A stretch of 64,000 bases of DNA from a bacterium (GTDB lineage: Bacteria > Sysuimicrobiota > Sysuimicrobiia > Sysuimicrobiales > Segetimicrobiaceae). Shown piece after piece: positions 28,123-36,030 of the stretch. The translations under genes were made by a program, and so were the position numbers. Location of the stretch: positions 5,836 through 69,835 of the forward strand of contig DATEGA010000252.1 in the NCBI GenBank assembly GCA_035280345.1. Reading direction: 5' to 3'. Within the stretch, counting starts at the first letter, position 1; every line of letters starts with the position of its first letter. The notes under the pieces were generated by a model. That model did no database searches and was not told where the DNA came from. It saw nothing but the letters and a program-made list of their open reading frames with translations.

Positions 28123-28436
28123 CTTCCCCGAAAATGCGGTGAAACTCCCTCCAAACCGTTGAAGGCACTGAGCCCCAACACCGTGTTTCAATTGTTCGTT
28201 GGGCGTTGGGGAGGGTTCGAACGAATCGAGACCTCGGGCTCCGCCGATAGAAAGATTTGTCCGAACGGACGGGAGGGAGGCGGCGAGAAGGACTTGAACC
28301 GCAATCCGATTGAGCTGTCGATTTTGAGCGGAGGTACGACGCGCATCCCCGCCCTTACTGTCTGGGCGACCCGCTCGTGGGGACCGAGGCAACAACACAC
28401 TTCGGACTTTTTGGGTAGAGGGTGAGTTAGCAAACG

Positions 28437-29579
28437 ATGGCTACCGTTCGGCAGAGGGGAAGCGCTTCGGTTACGGCGCAGATTCCGCTGGTGGACCTAA
28501 AGGCCCAGTATCGCAGCATCAGGCCCGAGATCGATGCCGCGATCCAGCGGGTCGTGGGTGATGCGAGGTTCATTCTTGGCGGGGAAGTGGATGCGTTTGA
28601 AGAGATGTTCGCGCGTTATGTCGGCGCGAAAGGCGCCGTCGGGTTGGCCTCGGGCACCGCGGCTTTGCACCTAGCGTTCATAGCCTGCGGCGTGCGGCCC
28701 GGCGACGAAATTATCACGTCAGCCCACACGTTCATCGCGGCCGCGGAAGCCATTTCGCACGCCGGCGCCCGCCCTGTGTTCGTGGATATCGACCCTCGTA
28801 CGTATACGATGGATCCTCAGCAGGTTGAAGAAGCCATCACACCCCGTACGAAGGCAATTGTTCCGGTCCACCTGTATGGGCAACCGGCAGAGATGGACCC
28901 TCTCGTGCAGATCGCGCGGGCCCGCGGCGTGTTCCTGATCGAGGACGCCGCTCAGGCTCACGGGGCGGAATACCGCGGTCGACGATGCGGTGGCATCGGG
29001 CACTTGGCGTGTTTCAGTTTCTATCCGGGGAAGAATCTCGGTGCCTACGGCGACGCCGGTGCCGTGACCGGCAATGACGAGACGCTGCTGAACAGAGTGC
29101 GAAAGTTGCGGGATCACGGTCGCGTGGACAAGTACGAGCATGACGAGATAGGGTACGGCGAGCGGATGGATGCACTTCAGGGTGCCGTACTGGCGGCCAA
29201 ACTACCGCGATTGGACGCCTGGACAGAAGCACGGCGGGCCCACGCGGGCCTCTACAACACGCTGCTCGCCGAATCCGCGGCGGTGATGCCCTTCGAGTCC
29301 CCCGACGCGCGTCACGTGTATCACTTGTACGTGATCCGGGTGCGCAACCGCGACGCCGTTTTGGCCGAGCTCCGACGCAGAGGCATCGGCGCAGGAATCC
29401 ACTATCCGATCCCGGTGCACCGACAGCCCGCCTACATGAAGCTTGGATACGATACCGTGTCTCTCCCGAATACCGAAAACGCGGCGAGCGAGGTTCTGTC
29501 GCTGCCGATGTATCCGGAACTTGTTCCCGACCAAATCTCGTTCGTCGCGCAGGCCGTAAAGGAACTGGCCGCGCGGTGA
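28437..29579 (+). CDS. DegT/DnrJ/EryC1/StrS-family PLP-dependent sugar aminotransferase
   Basis: IPLVDLKAQYRSIRPEIDAAIQRV...FEEMFARYVGAKGAVGLASGTAALHLA...FSFYPGKNLGAYGDAG is typical of WbpE/ArnB-type enzymes. Confidence 0.8.
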   Translation: MATVRQRGSASVTAQIPLVDLKAQYRSIRPEIDAAIQRVVGDARFILGGEVDAFEEMFARYVGAKGAVGLASGTAALHLAFIACGVRPGDEIITSAHTFIAAAEAISHAGARPVFVDIDPRTYTMDPQQVEEAITPRTKAIVPVHLYGQPAEMDPLVQIARARGVFLIEDAAQAHGAEYRGRRCGGIGHLACFSFYPGKNLGAYGDAGAVTGNDETLLNRVRKLRDHGRVDKYEHDEIGYGERMDALQGAVLAAKLPRLDAWTEARRAHAGLYNTLLAESAAVMPFESPDARHVYHLYVIRVRNRDAVLAELRRRGIGAGIHYPIPVHRQPAYMKLGYDTVSLPNTENAASEVLSLPMYPELVPDQISFVAQAVKELAAR

Positions 29580-30691
29580 TCAACGTCGCCGTGGTGGGAC
29601 TGGGATATTGGGGACCAAATCTGGTCCGGAACCTCGCGTCTCTCGGCGAGGTGAACATCTCGGCTCTGTGCGACATGTACGCCGCCCGTGCGGAGACCGT
29701 TGCGGCGCGCTATTGTCCTCGGGCCACGATCGTCAAGGATCATGCGGATCTCTTGGATCACAAAGAGATTGACGCGGTCATCGTGGCGACACCGATTCAA
29801 ACGCATTATGCGGTCGCCAGTGCGTTTCTCGGTGCCGGCAAGCACGTATTTGTCGAGAAGCCCCTGGCGCGCACGGGGTCGGAGTGCCGTACGCTCATCA
29901 ATTTGGCCGAGCGATATCGTCGCGTGCTCATGGTGGACCATGTGTTCGAGTACAGCGCCGCCGTTCAACGGATAAAAGCCTACCTCGATCAGCGGGAACT
30001 GGGCAAGCTCTTGCACGTCTATTCGCAGCGCCTCAACCTCGGCCGGATTCAGACCGAAACCAGCGCATTGTGGAGTTTTGGCCCCCATGATCTCTCCATC
30101 CTGAACTACTGGTTGGGGCACGAGCCGCTGGCGATTGCAGCACGTGGATTCGCATATATCACCACCGGCGCCGAGGATGTGGTGTTTCTCTCGCTCGAAT
30201 ACCCCGGCGGGATCAACGCGCATCTCCATCTCGGCTGGCTCGACCCGCGAAAGGTCCGTCTGATGACACTGGTAGGGACCAAGAAAATGCTGGTGTATGA
30301 TGACGTGAATGAGGATGCGAGGATTCAATTGTACGACAAGGGGGTCGTGCAGTTGGACGATTACCTCGAGGCGCCTGAGTCGTTCCCTGAGTTTTTGCCA
30401 CGTCTCCGGGTGGGAGACGTTCTGATCCCGGCGGTGTCATCTTCCGAGCCGCTCCAGGCGGCCTGCCGCCACTTCGTCGACTGCGTGCGTGCCGGGCAAC
30501 GGCCGCGCACCGACGGCGCCTCCGGACTTCGCGTGGTGCGCGTGTTGGAGGCGGCGGAGGAATCACTGCGACAAGGGGGGCGAACCATCGCCCTGCACCC
30601 CGAAGCAGAAATCACCGGCTCCGCAAAGGGGTCTGACGGCTTGGATCAGACGCTGCACACTGCCGACACCGCGCGAGGCGGCGCCAGTTAG
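29576..30691 (+). CDS. Gfo/Idh/MocA-family NAD(P)-dependent sugar oxidoreductase (WbpB-like partner of the aminotransferase)
   Basis: MINVAVVGLGYWGPNLVRNL Rossmann N-terminus and a Gfo/Idh/MocA C-terminal domain. ATGA-type overlap with degT. Confidence 0.7.
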   Translation: MINVAVVGLGYWGPNLVRNLASLGEVNISALCDMYAARAETVAARYCPRATIVKDHADLLDHKEIDAVIVATPIQTHYAVASAFLGAGKHVFVEKPLARTGSECRTLINLAERYRRVLMVDHVFEYSAAVQRIKAYLDQRELGKLLHVYSQRLNLGRIQTETSALWSFGPHDLSILNYWLGHEPLAIAARGFAYITTGAEDVVFLSLEYPGGINAHLHLGWLDPRKVRLMTLVGTKKMLVYDDVNEDARIQLYDKGVVQLDDYLEAPESFPEFLPRLRVGDVLIPAVSSSEPLQAACRHFVDCVRAGQRPRTDGASGLRVVRVLEAAEESLRQGGRTIALHPEAEITGSAKGSDGLDQTLHTADTARGGAS

Positions 30692-30726
30692 TTTGGCGCC
30701 GTAGGGCCGGACGGTAGTCGACGGCG

Positions 30727-32031
30727 ATGGCATATCCCGGCTGCGACTCGGTCACAAACGGCGCGCCCGCGAGGCCACTCGTGAGTGTTATTATTCCAAC
30801 GCGCAACCGCGCGGAGTCTCTGCGACGCGCGCTCGAGTCGATTCGTGCGCAGCAGGGTCGCGGGGACATTTTCGATCTCGAGATTATCGTGGTCGATGAT
30901 GCATCTTCAGACGATACTCCACTAATTGTGCGATCCCAAGGGGATGTCCACTATATCCGGCTGCCGGAGCGACGCGGTGTTGCCGCGGCCACGAATGAGG
31001 CATTGCGGAACAGTCATGGATGCTACCTCACCTTTCTCGATGACGACGACGAGTGGCTGCCACATAAGCTCTCTGTTCAGGTCCCGGCGCTAAACGGGCA
31101 CCCCGAGGCCGAAATCGTGTACGGCCAGAGCCTTATACGGAGCGAAGGCCGGGAAGGGGTGTACCCGGACGCCGAGACTGCGCCGTCCGGTTGGGTATTT
31201 CTTGAGATGCTCATGCGAAATTTTGCCGGTCACCATGCGTCCCTCCTGGCGCGGCGCAGCGCGTTCGAAAAGGCCGGATATTTCGATGAAACCCTGATGT
31301 CAAACATCGATTACGAGATGTCACTCCGGCTCGCGTTTCACGTCCGTTTCCTCTTCGTGCCGGGCGCGGTCGATATCTACAATCTCTCGCCACGTGGACT
31401 GTGGCTGACCCGCGCAGCTAGTGGCATGGGGCGGGCAGACTTGGCGCGCGTGATTGAAAGCGCACTCCGATTGCTGCCGGACTCCGCGCAGTACGATGAG
31501 GTGAAACGTACCGCAAGGGCACGGGCGGTGCTGAACGCGGTGTACTCGTTGCTTTCCGCCGGCGAGTCCGCGCAGGCTCGGACGACGCTGGTCACGGCGC
31601 TGCAATCTCACCCCTGGGCTCTTCGCACCAACTGGGCCAGGGACACCCTGGCTCATGCGGCCGGCAGGCTCGCGGTTGGGTCCACGTCGCCGGTATCGAC
31701 CACGGCTCAACTCTGTGCTGAACTTCGATCCAAGATCCCTGTACGAACACTCCGGGGATGGTGGGAGCTACGACGTGCGTTCGGTTTGATATGGGCCAGT
31801 GTGGCCTTGTCTTTGAGTGACGGAGGCCGCTCCCAGGACAAACAGTCGGCTTACGCGGCCGTGGTGGCCGTGGGGATGACGCCGTCGCTCCTTGGGCGCC
31901 CAGGACTGCTACGGTTGATCGTGCGAGGTGTCCTCGGCCGCCGAGCCGACGCCGCGTGCGCGGGCCTGTACGCGCGGTTCCGGAAATTCAGGACGACACG
32001 CGTCTTCGACGGCATACGGGGTCAGGTATGA
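30727..32031 (+). CDS. GT2 glycosyltransferase with C-terminal extension
   Basis: LVSVIIPTRNRAESLRRALESIRAQ...VVDDASSDDT...FLDDDDEWLPHKL (GT-A DxD). Confidence 0.7.
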   Translation: MAYPGCDSVTNGAPARPLVSVIIPTRNRAESLRRALESIRAQQGRGDIFDLEIIVVDDASSDDTPLIVRSQGDVHYIRLPERRGVAAATNEALRNSHGCYLTFLDDDDEWLPHKLSVQVPALNGHPEAEIVYGQSLIRSEGREGVYPDAETAPSGWVFLEMLMRNFAGHHASLLARRSAFEKAGYFDETLMSNIDYEMSLRLAFHVRFLFVPGAVDIYNLSPRGLWLTRAASGMGRADLARVIESALRLLPDSAQYDEVKRTARARAVLNAVYSLLSAGESAQARTTLVTALQSHPWALRTNWARDTLAHAAGRLAVGSTSPVSTTAQLCAELRSKIPVRTLRGWWELRRAFGLIWASVALSLSDGGRSQDKQSAYAAVVAVGMTPSLLGRPGLLRLIVRGVLGRRADAACAGLYARFRKFRTTRVFDGIRGQV

Positions 32032-32909
32032 CCGGAGCAGCCTACCCCGCTGGGCAGCGTGTCCGTCGGGCGTCAGGTGGACGCCTCCTTCGCGACGGCA
32101 TTGAACGGTTTCTTCGCCGAGTGGCGACTCGAATTGGACGCTCGGCACCGATGGACGTCTACTGTCACTATGCGCCTGGTGGATGGGTTGTCGAGAGCCC
32201 GTCCGGGAGCGCGTGGAACGAAGACGGGGTTGTTTCCGCCCAATCGGCGCACTGGCCGGCCATCGTGCGGAACCTCGAGGGTACAGGTCCGTTGGGCGTC
32301 GCTCACTTGCCAGACCGGCTGACGCGCGAACATTTCGGCGACCATAACGTGATGATGTCGTACGGGTACGTCCTAGCCCGGGCTGCCCGAAACAAGGAAC
32401 GGCTCAGTGTTCTGGATTGGGGCGGGAGCCTTGGTCACTACTTTTTGTACAGCCAGGTGCTTCTACCGGAGGTAACGTTTGATTACCACTGCTACGAGGT
32501 GCCCTCGTTGAGTCGCGCCGGAAGACAACTGCAACCGGAGGTTCATTTCCACGAAGGCGCCGACACGCTCGACGGAGCGATCTTTGATTTGGTCGTCTGT
32601 AGTGGGACGTTGTATTATCTCGAGCGCTGGCAGGAGGTAGCAGGCCTGCTGGCGCGACGCGCGGGCGAATATCTTTACATCACGAGGGTCATGACGGTGG
32701 AGCACGTGCCCTCCTTTGTGGTCTTGCAGCGCAGCAGGCACTACGGGACGCAATTTCCTTCTTGGTCGCTGAACCGCCGAGAGTTGATCGGGTGTGTCGA
32801 AGGACAGGGTATGGAGCTTCTCCGTGAATTCGTGTTCGACGAAACGCGATTTGTAGATCATGCCCCCGAGCAAAGCGCATGTCGGGGTTTCCTGTTCCGC
32901 CGCGCATGA
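32028..32909 (+). CDS. putative SAM-dependent methyltransferase (LIC12133/TIGR04325-like)
   Basis: ATGA overlap with the GT2 stop. VLDWGGSLGHYF ... FDLVVCSGTLYYLERWQE are MTase-fold motifs I and post-II. Confidence 0.45.
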   Translation: MTGAAYPAGQRVRRASGGRLLRDGIERFLRRVATRIGRSAPMDVYCHYAPGGWVVESPSGSAWNEDGVVSAQSAHWPAIVRNLEGTGPLGVAHLPDRLTREHFGDHNVMMSYGYVLARAARNKERLSVLDWGGSLGHYFLYSQVLLPEVTFDYHCYEVPSLSRAGRQLQPEVHFHEGADTLDGAIFDLVVCSGTLYYLERWQEVAGLLARRAGEYLYITRVMTVEHVPSFVVLQRSRHYGTQFPSWSLNRRELIGCVEGQGMELLREFVFDETRFVDHAPEQSACRGFLFRRA

Positions 32910-33823
32910 ATCAAGTCAGGGCGTCGACTATTAATGCGGGTGAGTTGATGATGGAGGACGGATCAGCGCGCCGCGAGGTTACGCGGCTCATTCGGCACCA
33001 TTGGAACTATCGGGCGGCTCGGTTCGACGAGGATCCCGAGCACGGGCTGCACAGCGAAGCCCAGCGGGCGGCATGGCTGCAGCTCCTGTCACGGCTGGCC
33101 GGTGACACGCCGCGGCGTGTTTTGGATGCCGGCTGCGGGACTGGGGTGTTGGCGACCCTCTTCGCGGAATTGGGACACACGGTCACCGGCGTCGATCTTG
33201 CTCCTCTGATGATCGAGCGTGCGCGACAAAAGGCTAAGGATGCCGGAGTAGTGGTTCAGTACCGTTTGGAGAATGTTGACAAACTCAGCGATCTCGACGG
33301 CAGCTACGATCTCGTCGTGGCCCGTCACGTCGTGTGGACGCTTCCTGATCCAGCGGGGACCGTGAAGGAGTGGCTGCGAGTACTGCGACCGGGTGGCTGT
33401 CTGGCGATCATCGAAGGCCAGTGGGCGGCGAATCGGCCGGCCGCGGTCATTCCGCTGCCGCGTAGAGTCCTGGCGAGGTTTCGGCGCCTTCCAGACAGAC
33501 TCTTGTATTATGCAATGCGGCCTTCCCAGTGGAGTCATCTTCTCGATCGATTCCGCGCCTCATTGCGGCGCGGCGTCGGAGGCATCGTAGCATGTGCTGC
33601 ACAGCCGGCCGAGTGGAAAGCGGCCTTGAGCCGTTACCGAGAGCGCAAGTACGCCGAGACACACACTCAGTTGCCACTATACGGTGGGCCGTTGGCGGAC
33701 CAGATCACTGCGCTGCTTGCGGCCCAGGGACTCAGAGATGTGAGGATCGAGCCCCTCATGGATGCCGCGCTGTGGGGTGAGGCGGAGATGTTTCAGCGCT
33801 ATCTGGCCACGGGAAAGCGCTAA
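32906..33823 (+). CDS. class I SAM-dependent methyltransferase
   Basis: ATGA overlap. VLDAGCGTGVLATLFAELGHTVTGVDLAPLMIERAR (motif I) and YDLVVARHVVWTLPD...LRVLRPGGCLAI (motifs II/III). Confidence 0.7.
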   Translation: MNQVRASTINAGELMMEDGSARREVTRLIRHHWNYRAARFDEDPEHGLHSEAQRAAWLQLLSRLAGDTPRRVLDAGCGTGVLATLFAELGHTVTGVDLAPLMIERARQKAKDAGVVVQYRLENVDKLSDLDGSYDLVVARHVVWTLPDPAGTVKEWLRVLRPGGCLAIIEGQWAANRPAAVIPLPRRVLARFRRLPDRLLYYAMRPSQWSHLLDRFRASLRRGVGGIVACAAQPAEWKAALSRYRERKYAETHTQLPLYGGPLADQITALLAAQGLRDVRIEPLMDAALWGEAEMFQRYLATGKR

Positions 33824-33851
33824 ACCTCGAGAATCGCGGGCATTTCTGAGG

Positions 33852-34658
33852 ATGTTGGGTTCCCGCGCCGTCCCTCCGACGCCCGGTTGGTGGCGCGACG
33901 GCCTAAGGCTTTATTGGTTGTCGTCGGCGTTCGGAGCGAGGGCGAGAATCCTCCCGCGGTATGACTTTTACCGGTTTGTCGAGCATGGACTGATCTACGG
34001 ACAAATCGTGCGGGACGCGCAAGAGGGCAGCCGTATCCTCGACGTTGGCACCGAGCGCTCCTTGTTGCCGCTCGCCCTCGCCCTCCGCCGGCGATATGTG
34101 ATATACATTACCGACATTCTGCCCCGCATGCTGGCCTACCACCGGGCGAAGATCCAGAAGGTCGGGCTCCAAGACGATGCCCGCGAGGCGAGGATCATCG
34201 TCGACTGTCAGGACGCCTGCCGAATGTCCTTTGTCGATGGATCCTTCGATTGGGTGACCTGCGTCTCCATGGTCAACGGGCTGCGCGACACGGGGGATCG
34301 CGACGCGATGGGAGAAATCGGCCGCGTGCTGCGTCCCGGCGGGCGAGCGATCGTCACCGTGCCGTACGGGCCGTACGCAGAGCGAGAGCCTCCGTTGAGG
34401 CCGTATTTTACGCGCGCGTACGACGACGCAGCGATCGACCGCCGGCTGCTCGAGCCGAGCGGGCTTCGCGAGGAGGCCCGCTGGTATTTCGGAGACCAAG
34501 GCACATGGTCACGGATGTATTGGGGCGACATGCCGCGGCCGGTGCGAGAGTTTGCCTGGGTCACGACACCGTTGTGGACGCGTTTGTCGGTTAGGGTCGA
34601 CAGGACGCCGTTCCCTAACTCCGGGGGCGTCATTCTGGTCGCTCGGAAGCCCGGCTGA
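33852..34658 (+). CDS. class I SAM-dependent methyltransferase
   Basis: ILDVGTERSLLPLALA ... FVDGSFDWVTCVSMVNGL ... GRVLRPGGRAIVTVPYG. Confidence 0.6.
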   Translation: MLGSRAVPPTPGWWRDGLRLYWLSSAFGARARILPRYDFYRFVEHGLIYGQIVRDAQEGSRILDVGTERSLLPLALALRRRYVIYITDILPRMLAYHRAKIQKVGLQDDAREARIIVDCQDACRMSFVDGSFDWVTCVSMVNGLRDTGDRDAMGEIGRVLRPGGRAIVTVPYGPYAEREPPLRPYFTRAYDDAAIDRRLLEPSGLREEARWYFGDQGTWSRMYWGDMPRPVREFAWVTTPLWTRLSVRVDRTPFPNSGGVILVARKPG

Positions 34659-34659
34659 A

Positions 34660-34700
34660 TACTGCGCGCACGACCGGGCGTCCGCTGTTTTTTCTTTCGG
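34660..34700 (+). terminator. possible weak terminator (GC-rich segment followed by a T7 run) after the methyltransferase gene
   Basis: ccgggcgtccgcTGTTTTTTc immediately after the stop at 34658. Only a short stem is possible. Confidence 0.25.
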
Positions 34701-34806
34701 GAGTCAATCTCCTCAAGAGATCATCGCACCCTATCCGAACGATGATAGGAGACATCTCTGCCTCCAAACAACCAAAAAGGTTACAGTTCTTTAGGGTTTT
34801 GCGGAG

Positions 34807-36030
34807 ATGGACCTGATCGAGCCTATGGCACCGAAGAAGGTACTGCAGTTTGTCGACGGCTCGCCGTTTGGCGGCGTTGAGCAAAGCGCACTGTCTTTGT
34901 TGGCCGGCCTGGACCGCCGTCATTGGCAACCCGTTTTGCTGCACTATTCGTGGCCCGACGCGGCGCTGCTACTCCAGAGGGCGAAAGACCTGGATACAGG
35001 AGTGCGTGGGGTACGGCGGGCGCGCGTCCACGATCCGCTCTCGACCGTCGCTGAAGTCCCGGCCTTCTTACGTGCATTGCGAAGGGAGAGACCGGCGGTC
35101 TTGCACGTGCACGTCAATTGGCCCTTGTCGTCGCTGGCCGGACTCATTGCCGGGCATTTGGCCGGTGTGCCCGCCGTTGTCGCGACCGTGCATCTCTTCC
35201 CAGCCGTTTCACTGATGCCGCCGGATGGCAGTATCCCAACGCTGCCAGGGTGTCCCCGGTTTGAGTGGGGGTTGCAGCGTTGGGCGTCCTCCTACGCTAA
35301 TTGCTTCGTCGCCGTATCATCCGAGATCGCGGAGCGTCTTCATCAAGACTTTCGCGTGCCCAGGGACAAAATCCACATCGTGCCCAATGGTATTTCTCCC
35401 TCCCATTTCGACGTGCCGCCCGACGCGGCGCTGCGTGCGATACTGAACGGAGGGACGCATCGGGCGGTGGTTTTGACGACCGCCCGTCTCGCTAGGGAGA
35501 AGGGGCATCGGTATCTCTTGGAAGCGGCGGCACGAGTTCCGGACGCAATGTTTGTTCTTGTCGGCGACGGACCCGAGCGAACGGCGCTCGAGTCGCAGGC
35601 GCGGCAACTCGGGTTGAGTGAACGTGTAACCTTCCTCGGTTTTCGGCGAGACGTTCCGAGTTTGCTGGCCTGTTCTGATCTCGTGGTCCTTCCGTCTTTA
35701 TTCGAGGGCTTATCTGTCTCACTTTTGGAGGCCATGGCGGCCGGTAGAGCGGTCATCGCATCCGCCATAGCCGGCGTCACTGAGGTGGTGGTCCATGGAG
35801 AAACCGGCTTAGTCGTCCCGCCAAAAGACTCATCCGCGTTGGCCGCCGCCATACGAACGTTGTTGGCGGACCCGACTCTGGCCACACGCCTCGGGGCGGC
35901 CGGGAAGACTCGTGCCGCCAAACTGTTCTCCGCCACCGCGATGTCGGAGTCCGTGATGCAGATTTACGAACGAGCGCTGCGTGCCCGCAACGGAGCATCT
36001 AGTCGACCAGGGTCTTATGCAGGAAGATAG
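34807..36030 (+). CDS. GT4 glycosyltransferase
   Basis: VVLPSLFEGLSVSLLEAMAAGRAVIASAIAGVTEVVVHGETGLVV. Confidence 0.7.
   Translation: MDLIEPMAPKKVLQFVDGSPFGGVEQSALSLLAGLDRRHWQPVLLHYSWPDAALLLQRAKDLDTGVRGVRRARVHDPLSTVAEVPAFLRALRRERPAVLHVHVNWPLSSLAGLIAGHLAGVPAVVATVHLFPAVSLMPPDGSIPTLPGCPRFEWGLQRWASSYANCFVAVSSEIAERLHQDFRVPRDKIHIVPNGISPSHFDVPPDAALRAILNGGTHRAVVLTTARLAREKGHRYLLEAAARVPDAMFVLVGDGPERTALESQARQLGLSERVTFLGFRRDVPSLLACSDLVVLPSLFEGLSVSLLEAMAAGRAVIASAIAGVTEVVVHGETGLVVPPKDSSALAAAIRTLLADPTLATRLGAAGKTRAAKLFSATAMSESVMQIYERALRARNGASSRPGSYAGR

Noticed and set aside
28260-28370. Possible tRNA gene (T-arm-like GGTTCAAGTCC on minus strand; GGTTCGAAC on plus strand)
   Set aside because: I could not derive a 7-bp acceptor stem or anticodon arm. 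At best it is a degenerate remnant, so it is reported only as a low-confidence finding and not as a tRNA feature.
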